Origin: Nibricoccus sp.
Lineage (GTDB): Bacteria; Verrucomicrobiota; Verrucomicrobiia; Opitutales; Opitutaceae
NCBI GenBank assembly: GCA_047602425.1
Contig: JASGHG010000001.1
Span: forward strand, 896,001 to 960,000
DNA: 64,000 nt
Reading direction: 5' to 3'
Positions 37,927 to 47,805 of this stretch are shown here, piece after piece. Below the pieces are notes generated by a model. It did no database searches, was not told where the DNA came from, and worked only from the letters and a program-made list of their open reading frames with translations. Within the stretch, counting starts at the first letter, position 1; each line of letters starts with the position of its first letter. Position numbers and translations under genes: made by a program.

Positions 37927-38781
37927 ATGGCACTCATCGGCAAACGCAACGTCCTTCCCATCGTCCGGAGCTCACCGCCCGGATTTTATCTGGACGGGGG
38001 CACGCATGGTGAAATCTTGCTGCCCGGCCGGCTGATCCCGCCCGGCGCCGTTGTCGGCGGCACGATCGACGTTTTTGTTTACCGCGATTCCGAGGACCGG
38101 CTCGTCGCTACTCCGCAAAAGCCCCTCGCCATGGCGGGGCAATTCGCGTCGTTACGGGTCGTCAGCGTCAATCCGCGCATCGGCGTTTTTCTCGACTGGG
38201 GCATGGACAAGGACCTGCTCCTCCCCATGCGCGAAATGTTCCGCCCGGTCAGTGTCGGCGAGTTCGTTCTCGTCCAGATCGTACTCGACGAAAAAACCGA
38301 CCGTCTCATTGCCAGTTCCAAGCTGAATCGGCGCCTCACCTTCCCCGAGCCCGGCACTTATCGCGAAGGCGATGGTGTCAGTTTGATGGTTATGAGTCGC
38401 AGCCCGCTCGGTTACAACATGATCGTCAACGACGCGCACCGCGGCATGCTTTATGAAAGCGACGCGCCCGGCCGCCTCGAACCCGGCGACCGTTTCGAAG
38501 GCTACGTGCGGTGTGTCCGCCCGGATGGAAAACTCGATCTCGCGCTCGGCAAATCCGGCTACCGGCGCATCGCGCCGCTCACGGATCAGATTCTCGCCGC
38601 ACTCATGGAAAAAGGCGGCCGCCTGCCCTACAGCGACAACAGCCCGCCAGAAGAAATCCGCGACTATTTCGGCGTGAGCAAAAAAGCCTTCAAGCAGGCC
38701 ATCGGCTCCCTCTTCCGCGAACGCCGCATATATATAGACAACGACGGCATTCGTCTCGTGCGCCCGCCTTCACAGCAGTAA
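37927..38781 (+). CDS. cvfB: CvfB-family S1 RNA-binding protein
   Basis: VFVYRDSEDRLVAT, FLDWG..KDLLLP, FGVSKKAFKQAIGSL. Confidence 0.9.
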   Translation: MALIGKRNVLPIVRSSPPGFYLDGGTHGEILLPGRLIPPGAVVGGTIDVFVYRDSEDRLVATPQKPLAMAGQFASLRVVSVNPRIGVFLDWGMDKDLLLPMREMFRPVSVGEFVLVQIVLDEKTDRLIASSKLNRRLTFPEPGTYREGDGVSLMVMSRSPLGYNMIVNDAHRGMLYESDAPGRLEPGDRFEGYVRCVRPDGKLDLALGKSGYRRIAPLTDQILAALMEKGGRLPYSDNSPPEEIRDYFGVSKKAFKQAIGSLFRERRIYIDNDGIRLVRPPSQQ

Positions 38782-38967
38782 ACGCCTGCGTTCCCCACAA
38801 ACCGTCAATCTTGTTCACAAAAGCGAACGAAGGAAAATAAAGCGCCTCAAGTTGTCTTTCGTTCTCCTTCCAAGCGTTGCCTGCCAATTCGATCACCGCC
38901 CGCTCAACACCGCTTCGTTTCCTTCGTTCTCTTCTGTAAAAGATCGAATTCCAAAAATTCCCGCTTC

Positions 38968-39225
38968 ATGAAAAATCCTTCCGGCCCATCCACCGCCACC
39001 AACAACTCCTCCACGCGCGACGTCATCGTGCGCGGCGTACCGATCGAGCTCTGCCAATTCATCAAGTTTGGCGGACTGAGTGGGAGTGGCGGTGAAGCCA
39101 AACAGCTCATCGCCGAAGGCAGCGTGCTGCTCAATGGCATCGTCGAAACCCAAAAGCGCAAAAAACTCGCAGCCGGCGATCGCGTGACCGTCGCCGGGCA
39201 GACCCTTGTCGTCCGACTCGGATAA
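38968..39225 (+). CDS. S4-domain RNA-binding protein (YbcJ-like)
   Basis: IELCQFIK..SGGEAK..I.EG.V..NG..ETQKRKKL. Confidence 0.88.
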   Translation: MKNPSGPSTATNNSSTRDVIVRGVPIELCQFIKFGGLSGSGGEAKQLIAEGSVLLNGIVETQKRKKLAAGDRVTVAGQTLVVRLG

Positions 39226-39665
39226 GCTCTGCGAAAAAAATCCGACGACTTCGGGTTCCCGCGCACTGCAACGGGCAATTCCGTCAGATTCACGACCGCT
39301 CGCCCCCGTCAGTGGGACGCTCTTTCGGATTTGCACGGATGCAAATCAGGGCGGTTTCCCATAAGGCAAAATGCAATCAGGAGCGGGTCTAAATTTCCTA
39401 GGCAAAATCCCCTTGTGAGCAAAATTGCCGGGTAATGAAAATTTGCTGATTTTATATCAATTTATATACTTGGGATTTGCGAAATATATTTACGAATTTT
39501 GAGCCAGTTTTGTAAAAAACTTGGTACAAAACGAGGACCGGGGGGCCATTAGCAAAAGTTGCCTACCTCATAACGTCCAAATCACTGGACCTAGTCTGAT
39601 TTTTGCTCAGAGAGGAGCGCGCTTCGATAGGCGGACCACCCCGCCGACCCGGGGCACCAAACGCC

Positions 39666-40454
39666 ATGAAAACAATCCTCACCCTCATCATCGTCGGAGC
39701 CCTTAGCCTCAACAGCCAGGCCAACACCAACGCCGTGCTGCGTGGGATTCGCGTCGTCGAAACTCAAGACCAACTTCATCCCCCGCGCGGCAAATTGGGC
39801 GAGCGTGGGCCCTACCAATTCCGCCGCAGCACCTGGCGGATGCACACCAAATCCAGTTTTGACCTCGCCGAAAATCGCGAGGTCGCCAACACCGTCGCAA
39901 AGCGCCATTATGCGTGGATCGAAAGCCAGCTTCAGGCAAACGGTGTCGATTCCTCCCCCTACAACGTCGCCATGGCTTGGAACGCCGGCGTGAACGCGGT
40001 CATTCGCGGACGCGTACCGGCCGTCGCCCGCGACTACGCCAGTCGCGTCCTTAACATAGCCAGCACCTATGGCACCGACGCTCCGGCCGAACCAACCGAA
40101 ACCGCAACAGCCGTTGCCGCGGCTGAAACACCCGCTTCACAACCGGAAGCAATCGCCACGGAAACGCCCGCCGTTTCTATTCTATCTCCCGTGGAAGACC
40201 CCGCGTCCGCGACCAGCAATGACGCCGCAACCAATGTCGTTTCCACCAACACCATTCCCGTAGAATACGTCTACACCGTACCGCCGAGCGCCAATGACCC
40301 CGTTCCAGTCCGCTTCCATACGAGCCCCATCATGCTCGCGTTTCACCGGCCCAGCCCTGCCGAACCCGTCGAGGAACCGGCCCCCGCACAAGTCGCCGCT
40401 CTCGCCACCCCGCCCTTTGCCAGCGACCTCCTCCAGACCGCGGGCCGCATGTAA
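39666..40454 (+). CDS. Secreted lysozyme/lytic-transglycosylase-like protein with low-complexity tail
   Basis: Signal peptide; IRVVET..GPYQF..TW, AMAWNAG, DYASRV. Confidence 0.7.
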   Translation: MKTILTLIIVGALSLNSQANTNAVLRGIRVVETQDQLHPPRGKLGERGPYQFRRSTWRMHTKSSFDLAENREVANTVAKRHYAWIESQLQANGVDSSPYNVAMAWNAGVNAVIRGRVPAVARDYASRVLNIASTYGTDAPAEPTETATAVAAAETPASQPEAIATETPAVSILSPVEDPASATSNDAATNVVSTNTIPVEYVYTVPPSANDPVPVRFHTSPIMLAFHRPSPAEPVEEPAPAQVAALATPPFASDLLQTAGRM

Positions 40455-40674
40455 AACCAATCGCCACCACCAGAACGCTTCTTTCCTTCCATCAAAGGCT
40501 ATCTCAACATGGCCTTCTGCCGCGCAGCCGGTGCCGCTGTGTTAAACAGCGGCTTTCTGGACTGGCGCATCGCCAGCCGCAATGCCGCAGAGACGATAAT
40601 AGTGCGCACCGAAACAAGCGCTTGCTCTAACATACCTAAGCGTTTGCTCGTAAAATATGCAGCCCCGCAGCTTG

Positions 40675-41820
40675 TCACTGCTTCAGCCATTGAAACCAAT
40701 TATAACCTATCGCTTCGTAATATGGTTTCAACGGCGGTTCGCTGATTTTCTCAAACAATTCTTTGAATCGTTTAACATTTTGCCGATCAGCAGCTGTTCG
40801 GTTATTCCACGCACGAAATGCTGGCAACAATTTAGCCATCGTCTCGAGCAACTTCCTTTTATTTAGCGAAAACTCATTCGCCGTCATCCCCGCGGGCATT
40901 GTCAGTTGACCGATTGGATCTCGCCACGCATGCAATCCAAAGTCCTCCGGGTTTGTCGGACGCAGATCTATCATTTTCCCAGAAGGGTACTCGATTGTCT
41001 GCAGCCATCGCGGATGAGATAGGGTCGAACTGCCCGGCCGGTCCATTGAACCATAATATACGATGGCCAGAACTACTTCTTTATTTTTCAACACCGGAAT
41101 AGGAAGCATTTGGCGAGTGCCCTCGAAATAGACACGGTCTTGAATCGAAACCCATGCTAAAGCTGTCATTTCCGCTAAATCGATGTCCCCTATGCTGATT
41201 GGGCACTTCTTCGCATTTTCATGCAGCCAATCGAAATAACTTTTACCCACTGTTGCGTAAAGTGACGCCAATGGCTTTTCACTAATTTCGCTGAAAATGG
41301 TTAGAAAACTCTTACACTTTTTAGGCAAATCCGCCGTTGGCTCCACCTGTTTAAAATATATAGGAATCAGTTCGTCATAAAGCCGATCGAGCTCCTCTCC
41401 CATTTTGTCACAATCATCAAGGGTCTTCCCGAAGGGCATTTTGTGCAACGCTTGGGATCCGGCGGGAAACGATCCCCCTCCAATATCGCCTGCATTCGTA
41501 ATCTTTCGCAACCCTCCTGTCGTTTTCGCGATCCAGTCGTACTCGAGCGAATAGGAGGGAGGGGACAACAAGGCTCCTTCCCCGGGCATGACGTGTTGTG
41601 GGCAAAACAGAAACACGATTTTACTCCCTGTCGGCGACAATATAGGTATTGGGAAAGATTGTCGTGTTTCATCAGGAAGCGTGAAAGCGGCCTCGCGGGC
41701 TATTTGTACGACGTCTTTTATTGGCATGGGATTAGATTTTGGAAAAGCGGATTCCTGATTTGCCGAAACAGCGCAGACCTCTAATAATACTGCGAAGTAT
41801 ACAAAACATCGCGCTACCAT
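40675..41820 (-). CDS. Exported protein with internally duplicated domain; candidate T6SS immunity protein
   Basis: Signal-like N-terminus, overlaps PAAR-effector stop, two homologous halves. Confidence 0.7.
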   Translation of the reverse strand: MVARCFVYFAVLLEVCAVSANQESAFPKSNPMPIKDVVQIAREAAFTLPDETRQSFPIPILSPTGSKIVFLFCPQHVMPGEGALLSPPSYSLEYDWIAKTTGGLRKITNAGDIGGGSFPAGSQALHKMPFGKTLDDCDKMGEELDRLYDELIPIYFKQVEPTADLPKKCKSFLTIFSEISEKPLASLYATVGKSYFDWLHENAKKCPISIGDIDLAEMTALAWVSIQDRVYFEGTRQMLPIPVLKNKEVVLAIVYYGSMDRPGSSTLSHPRWLQTIEYPSGKMIDLRPTNPEDFGLHAWRDPIGQLTMPAGMTANEFSLNKRKLLETMAKLLPAFRAWNNRTAADRQNVKRFKELFEKISEPPLKPYYEAIGYNWFQWLKQ

Positions 41821-42770
41821 ATTGGATTTTCCGTCACAACATGCGGAGCACCGCCCCGTTTAGCCAGTGCTTTTTCAAACTGCGCGGCTGGTATTGGCTC
41901 TGCGGATTGCCCAGTCCCTGTGTCGTTTATCACAACATTTGTCAGCGTTCCGTTTTCGTCGTAAGTGGCACCGGTGACGACTACGGCATGAAAAGAACCT
42001 GCAGGGGCACTCCCGGGAGGCCATAAGTATGCCGCATCTACGGCCGCGATTACCCCTTTCCCCTCCGACAGCGAAGATTCCATATTGCTCATCGTCGCTG
42101 GCATTGTCTTAGCAGGGACGCCGTTAGCCTTTAGTATCTCCACTCGCGTCGTCGGGCTTGTTCCTCCGCTAAGATAGCTTCGGTTGTTTGCTGTCACGAT
42201 TACGCCGCCTTGTACACTTCCAATCGCCGGTTCAGAAGCCCATTTGTTTGATGTTGCTTGACCAAGCAATGCCTCTTGTTGGATGGCGTTTCCGGTGGCC
42301 TGCATGATGATTTGGCGAGATGATTCCACTCCACAGTTATTGTAGCTTTGCTGAATAGTCTTTGGAACAAGTGCGTTGCCGTAGACATCTGTCGAACCAG
42401 AAGCAGGCTGCCGACCATCCACCATTTTCCCGAAAATGTCGGCTGCCACTGGAGGGTTGCCCGTTGTGCCTGCCAGCCCAATCAGCACCGTTGGGCAGCC
42501 CGCGACAATCACGCCGCCGTGTGCCGTGGTATCGGTCATGCGGGCTGCGGGTTTGCGTCCGATGGGGACAACAAAAGACCCCTTCACAATTGTATCCGGC
42601 GGCCCCATACAGGTCAGTTTGTCGCTCACGCGGGCCGCGGGCTGACCGCCGATTAGCACGGTAGGAAAACAGGCTGGGAGGACGGGGCCTCCCACGTGAG
42701 GTTTTGGCCCTGGGTCAATCATCGGGCATGTATGCATGTCTCCCAAACGGGCTGCAGGTTGGCCAGGCAT
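41814..42770 (-). CDS. PAAR-domain protein with C-terminal papain-like (C39-type) peptidase domain
   Basis: Three PAAR motifs; QQSYNNCG, HAVVVTG, INDTG. Confidence 0.88.
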   Translation of the reverse strand: MPGQPAARLGDMHTCPMIDPGPKPHVGGPVLPACFPTVLIGGQPAARVSDKLTCMGPPDTIVKGSFVVPIGRKPAARMTDTTAHGGVIVAGCPTVLIGLAGTTGNPPVAADIFGKMVDGRQPASGSTDVYGNALVPKTIQQSYNNCGVESSRQIIMQATGNAIQQEALLGQATSNKWASEPAIGSVQGGVIVTANNRSYLSGGTSPTTRVEILKANGVPAKTMPATMSNMESSLSEGKGVIAAVDAAYLWPPGSAPAGSFHAVVVTGATYDENGTLTNVVINDTGTGQSAEPIPAAQFEKALAKRGGAPHVVTENPIW

Positions 42771-42781
42771 ATAAAACCTCT

Positions 42782-44641
42782 TTAGTTAATTTTGACCATC
42801 GGGCCCTTGATTGTGATGATGCCGCCGGCGTCGATGTTCACTTTGCCTGCTCCACTCTTCGTAGTGACGTCCACCCCAGCGATCTCGATTTTGCCGTCTT
42901 TTTTCATCGTGATACTGGCTGCGCCACAAACGATCGATATCTCCTCACCGACTTTGAGCGACAGTTTTTTTCCAATCCCGATCGTTTCGTTTTCACCTAT
43001 GGTGAGTGATTCGTTTTTTTTCACCTTAGCGGTGCGATCATTGCCGATTTCAATTTTCTCGTCGTGTTTGACCGTCTCGGTGTTGTCGTTCTTCACGAGC
43101 ACCGTGCGATCTTTCTCGGCTTGGATGTAAAGCAGCTCTTTGCCCTTTGAATCATCCATCTTGACCTCATTGAAATTGTCCGCCGCACCGCCTTTGGTGG
43201 AACGGCTCGTCAAGGTGGAAATGTTCTTGTTGCCAGGAAGCGCATAAGGAGGCTTCTGCTCGCCGTTATAAACGCGGCCCGTGATAATCGGACGATCCGG
43301 ATCGCCGTCGAGGAACTCGACGATCACTTCCTGTCCGATGCGCGGGATGTGCATGGCGCCCCATCCCTTGCCCGCCCAATATTGCGACACGCGAATCCAG
43401 CACGACGAATCGGCATCGAACTTCCCGTACCGATCCCAATGAAAATGCACCTTCACCCGCCCATGCTCGTCCGTATGGATCTCCTCGCCCGACGGCCCCG
43501 TGACAATGGCCGTTTGCGGGCCGACCACCATGTGTTTTTTGGCAATTCTCGCCGGCCGATAGGGCTGGTCCGACGGTATGGCTTCAAAGCTACAGGAAAA
43601 TGTTTCCGGTAAATCATGTCCTTTGCTGCCAATGTGCGCTCCCGAAAACGCGCCGGCGTCAAAGGAGAGCCGCACGGATGTGATCAGATATTCGCGGTTT
43701 TGATCGGCACGCGGATGATCCTTTAAGGAAAACAAAGCGCCCACACACAGGCCGCGTGCCGTGCTGCGCCCTTTCAACACGTCGTGGACGTGCTGAAGCT
43801 CCTGAATGTGCATCTTCGCCAGTCTCTCGCCGTCTGACTGTTCCACGTATGCCCCGGGATAGTCGAAAACCTCGAATTTTGCCATGCCGTGTTGGCGAGC
43901 CAGCGGCACGGAAGCCAGCAGGCTCGTGCTTGGCTTCTTAAAATCAAAATCTGTATGAGCGTAAGTTCCGGTTAGGGCCGTCCGTTTCACCTCCCAGCTG
44001 CTGATTGCGCCAAGGATCTGACCCGCCGTGTCGGATTCCCTATAGGGTATGGTTTCGTATCCCGGTATGGCCTTATGTTTGCTCACGGAATCCGTGAGCA
44101 CCATCAGATGCCGGTTTTCCTCATGCTTGAAATGGTAGCCAATGCCTTCCTTTTCCATTAGCCGCGAAACGAAGTTCCACGCACTCTCCCGATATTGAAC
44201 GCAAAATTCGAGCGGCTTGTAGCTTTCGGTTAGTTGTTTCTCAAAATCGGAGAAACCGTGTGCCTTGAAAACTTTCGCAATGATATCGGGAACGCTTTCA
44301 TTTTGAAAAATTTTGCAGTCCGCGGTCTGATCGAGAAACTTGAACCACGGCAGAATGGTCACCGAATAGTGCGCAAGATTCGACTCGCGTCCCTGTTGTT
44401 GGATGGATGCCACGATGCCATGGAAACGTCGGGGATTACTTCCCTTGTCCAACGTCATGCGAAGACTGACGGGCTGGCCAACGACCTTGTCGTAAGCCAG
44501 CGTCTGGTCGGTGGCGACGAGGGACGCCTGGATCTCGAAGTCACCATTGAGCGCTTCTGCATAGGTGAAGCTCCGCAGCAGCAGCTTATCCTTGCCAAAC
44601 GGCGTGGTGATGGCGATCGGGCGATTATCCTGGGTGATCAT
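42782..44641 (-). CDS. vgrG: T6SS tip protein VgrG
   Basis: FCVQYRES..FVSRLME.EGI, GPQTAIVTG, IPRIGQEV..FLDGDPDRP, AEKD. Confidence 0.96.
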   Translation of the reverse strand: MITQDNRPIAITTPFGKDKLLLRSFTYAEALNGDFEIQASLVATDQTLAYDKVVGQPVSLRMTLDKGSNPRRFHGIVASIQQQGRESNLAHYSVTILPWFKFLDQTADCKIFQNESVPDIIAKVFKAHGFSDFEKQLTESYKPLEFCVQYRESAWNFVSRLMEKEGIGYHFKHEENRHLMVLTDSVSKHKAIPGYETIPYRESDTAGQILGAISSWEVKRTALTGTYAHTDFDFKKPSTSLLASVPLARQHGMAKFEVFDYPGAYVEQSDGERLAKMHIQELQHVHDVLKGRSTARGLCVGALFSLKDHPRADQNREYLITSVRLSFDAGAFSGAHIGSKGHDLPETFSCSFEAIPSDQPYRPARIAKKHMVVGPQTAIVTGPSGEEIHTDEHGRVKVHFHWDRYGKFDADSSCWIRVSQYWAGKGWGAMHIPRIGQEVIVEFLDGDPDRPIITGRVYNGEQKPPYALPGNKNISTLTSRSTKGGAADNFNEVKMDDSKGKELLYIQAEKDRTVLVKNDNTETVKHDEKIEIGNDRTAKVKKNESLTIGENETIGIGKKLSLKVGEEISIVCGAASITMKKDGKIEIAGVDVTTKSGAGKVNIDAGGIITIKGPMVKIN

Positions 44642-44688
44642 GGCGTTTTCCCTGTTTTATTTTAGGCAATTACCGCTTGAAGCTGGTT

Positions 44689-45942
44689 TCAGTTTTCGAG
44701 ATCGAGAATTTCAAGAGGGAGATAAACATGACTGGCCTGCGGTTTGAGTCCGCGCTTGCGCGCGAGACGGCAGAGCGCGAGTCCGTGGACATCGAGCAGT
44801 GCGATGGGTGCGACGGTGCCGCCACGTTGAAAATGGGCTTCGCGAATCGGCATACGTGCCGCTAGCGCCTGGTTAAAGGCTGTTTCTTTTTTTTCCACGA
44901 GAGCTCTAAGCAGTTCGTAGAAATTACGCATTTCGGGCAAATCAGGATCGAGTTCGCTTGGCAGCTTCTCCTCGAAAAGGCCTTTGCGTTCGTTTTCCAA
45001 AAGCACCTGAAGATCGGCCTCCTTTTTCAAAAAGAGATCCATCACAATCCGAATCCGCGTGATCAGCCAATTTACCGGTCGTATGCGGTTCGTGTCCCAT
45101 TCCGACTGGCGCAGGCGGATGACGGTCTGCGCGAGTTTGAAATGGTCGACCGCGATGGCTTCGTGGAGATAGTCGTTGATCTGCCACGCATGAGCGGTGA
45201 AGCCGAATTCGAGAGCCTGCGCGGCATGATCGCAGCCACGGCGCAAGCGCGATACAACCTCCGGCAAAGGCCGGTTTACCAAATAGTCGGTATAACCTTC
45301 GATAAAGCAGGCCGAGGAAAGTGTTTTGAAGAAATCGCTGTTTCGCGCAGCGCGCGCTTCCGCAAGCGGCCCTTCGGCATCGTTTTTCTTTCGACGCTCG
45401 ATTGAGTCCTCGCGCTGCAACTCCATGCTGCGCGGATCGGGCAAGTGCGGCATCAGACGCCAGCCATTTTGGTTAGATCGTTCCACGCGGAGTTTCATTT
45501 CGGCCTCACGGCGAGCATCCTCTTCGGCTAGAAACGCGAGTTTCCACGCCTCGAATTTTTGACGGATTTCTTCGATGTCGGGTTCGTGAGGCGGGAGGGC
45601 TTTAAGCTTAAATTGGCTCTTATTATAAAAATCCGAGAAAAGATGGTTCAAAAGAGGCGTTAAAGGAAGATCTCGATCCCATTCCAGCAACAGTTGTCCT
45701 GGATTACCTTCGTGTCGTTGGCGCTCCGTCGGCCATTGCGCCGCTCGCATGCTGCTGTGCATGTAGAACAAATAGTTCAAAAATCTGCGAGATTGTCGCA
45801 ATGTATAGATATTTTCATCGTGAGGGCCTGGAGTATATTTCCCGTTGCAATAAATCCCCATAAGATGTGCCCAGGTCGCCCGAATGGCATTTTGAACCGC
45901 TGCGTAGAAATCTTCATCGTTTGAAAACCACAATTCGTTCAT
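44689..45942 (-). CDS. Imm49-like immunity protein with N-terminal extension
   Basis: C-terminal LLDVHGLALCRLARKRGL..SHVYLPLEIL resembles Imm49; directly downstream of candidate toxin. Confidence 0.7.
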   Translation of the reverse strand: MNELWFSNDEDFYAAVQNAIRATWAHLMGIYCNGKYTPGPHDENIYTLRQSRRFLNYLFYMHSSMRAAQWPTERQRHEGNPGQLLLEWDRDLPLTPLLNHLFSDFYNKSQFKLKALPPHEPDIEEIRQKFEAWKLAFLAEEDARREAEMKLRVERSNQNGWRLMPHLPDPRSMELQREDSIERRKKNDAEGPLAEARAARNSDFFKTLSSACFIEGYTDYLVNRPLPEVVSRLRRGCDHAAQALEFGFTAHAWQINDYLHEAIAVDHFKLAQTVIRLRQSEWDTNRIRPVNWLITRIRIVMDLFLKKEADLQVLLENERKGLFEEKLPSELDPDLPEMRNFYELLRALVEKKETAFNQALAARMPIREAHFQRGGTVAPIALLDVHGLALCRLARKRGLKPQASHVYLPLEILDLEN

Positions 45943-45946
45943 AATG

Positions 45947-47257
45947 TTATTTGATCAGGCTAGCATTGGCGTTGGGATCGTCACCCACCGATTTGTATGG
46001 CAAACAAACTTGCACAGGACCACCCGGCTTGTTGCTACAGCGGGGAGCCCCAATGCCCATCAGGACTTTCGTTGGCTTGTTTATCTCGCAGGAAACGAGT
46101 TTTTCTCCTGTTCCGCCCTTAGAAGTTGGTTCATTGGCCTCGACAGGAAACAATGCGTTTTCCACACGAGGATCTCCTTCCAGAGGCGTGAGCGACCACC
46201 AGCCTCCAGACTCGAGTGAATCTCCTCCACAATAGCGCCACAGTTTTCGCGGTTCAGGAAGTTGCACAACGCGCGTGGTCGAAGTTAAAAAGCCACCACC
46301 ACCTTTGTTGCCCAACGTCCAGTCGCCGTTGTTTTTAAGATTCTCAGCACTTCCAAACCAATCCTTAACCTCCTGATCCGCAGAATCCGTGCTCTCTGAT
46401 CTGCAATTATGTGCAGGGCAAGTATCGTCGACTTCGTTTGGTAACGCCTCAGGTTTGTCGGTTGTCGGTGTTTTGTAAGTTTGCGGAGCGTCGGGACTCT
46501 TTTTCGGAATCTTCTCCAATGAGTTTTCTGATTTGGCCGAGCCAAGATCGATCTCGTATTTCTGCGCATACTCCTTGGCGGCGGCCTCGTATTCTGCAGC
46601 CGTCAGCGGCTTTTCCTCGGTGGCCGCTCGCATGGTGAACTTTGCGAGCTCTTCGTAGACGGCGATCTCTCCCTTTTCGATGGCCTGCTTGGCCCATCCT
46701 ACAAGTTCGGCATGCGTAATTTTGGTGAAATCGAATTCACGGCCTGCACCTCCGGCCGTTTGTTGCCAACTGTAGCGTTTCAAACCCGCCAGTCGGGGAC
46801 CTGTCTCTGTTTCGTCGTAGGGTTCGATGGGAAACCATTGGTCAAGCAGCGGCTTCACGTCCTTGGGCAAGGCCTGCTTGCGCATCACCGTCTGCTGGAA
46901 TCTGACCTTCGGCACCAGCCACCATCGATCGCTTTGGCGATCGGCTTTAATCGGCCAGTCCGCCGGGGACAACCACTCCATGTAGACAACTACATTTTCC
47001 CAGCGCACGCTTTCCTCCAATCGTTCCAACAATTCGTCGTCGCTCGGATCCGGCGCTGAATGACCGAAACATCCCGCTGCGCGCGCCAGCAACATATACC
47101 GGCTGCGACAAACCGAGGAATGCGGCCTCCACGCCTCTTGCAAAAAGTCGCACGCTTCCGTTGGGCGATAGCGCTTGCGCAAAACCGACGTGCTATAGTT
47201 GCAGGCCGCATCGGCCCGCACGATCTTGTTTCGGTCAAGATGGCTTAGCGTGATCAC
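45947..47257 (-). CDS. Candidate T6SS effector with C-terminal TNT-like (NADase/ART-fold) domain
   Basis: LP..KLWRY..GGWWS..ALFP..EINKP..G.GAP..PGGPVQV.LP. Confidence 0.6.
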   Translation of the reverse strand: MITLSHLDRNKIVRADAACNYSTSVLRKRYRPTEACDFLQEAWRPHSSVCRSRYMLLARAAGCFGHSAPDPSDDELLERLEESVRWENVVVYMEWLSPADWPIKADRQSDRWWLVPKVRFQQTVMRKQALPKDVKPLLDQWFPIEPYDETETGPRLAGLKRYSWQQTAGGAGREFDFTKITHAELVGWAKQAIEKGEIAVYEELAKFTMRAATEEKPLTAAEYEAAAKEYAQKYEIDLGSAKSENSLEKIPKKSPDAPQTYKTPTTDKPEALPNEVDDTCPAHNCRSESTDSADQEVKDWFGSAENLKNNGDWTLGNKGGGGFLTSTTRVVQLPEPRKLWRYCGGDSLESGGWWSLTPLEGDPRVENALFPVEANEPTSKGGTGEKLVSCEINKPTKVLMGIGAPRCSNKPGGPVQVCLPYKSVGDDPNANASLIK

Positions 47258-47276
47258 GGTGTCATTTCCTCGTCGG

Positions 47277-47801
47277 CTATTCCTTTTGGTTCTTTTGTTT
47301 GGTGAGAAGTTTCATTCCGCTCTCGGTGATCAAAATCTCCAGCGGGTCCTTGCGGTTCCAGAGCTTTTTATCAAGCGGGATGATCAGGCGGCGGGGATCG
47401 GCGTTGCCGGCCTGGTCGTTGGCGATACCGGGGAGATCGGCAAGGATGACCAGATGCGACACGCCCGACTTAAGCCAAACCTGCCAATGAGGATGTTCGC
47501 GGCTAACCACCAGTCGTGAAGGCAATCCCCGGCCAAACTGTGCGCAAAGATGCGAGTCATCACGGCGCAAGGGGTTGTCAGGCTGCCAGTAGTCCGTAAC
47601 CGAATACGAAGTCCACTTCGGTAAATCCGCCAGCGTATTGGCGCCAACCAAGTCAACTTGCAGTGACGTGTTCGTGAGCGCCGGATCGACCGTCAGACGC
47701 ACTTCAAAGGCGCGCGGCTTGACGGTGCTTGAAGCACAGCCGCCAAGGGCAATCAGCATCGTTGTGATCAGGGAAATGAGGAGACGTTGAGTGGATTTCA
47801 T
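47277..47801 (-). CDS. tssJ: T6SS lipoprotein, TssJ-like
   Basis: Lipobox LGGC, beta-rich, LVILADL; the only lipoprotein seen in the tss operon. Confidence 0.6.
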   Translation of the reverse strand: MKSTQRLLISLITTMLIALGGCASSTVKPRAFEVRLTVDPALTNTSLQVDLVGANTLADLPKWTSYSVTDYWQPDNPLRRDDSHLCAQFGRGLPSRLVVSREHPHWQVWLKSGVSHLVILADLPGIANDQAGNADPRRLIIPLDKKLWNRKDPLEILITESGMKLLTKQKNQKE

Positions 47802-47805
47802 AAAA

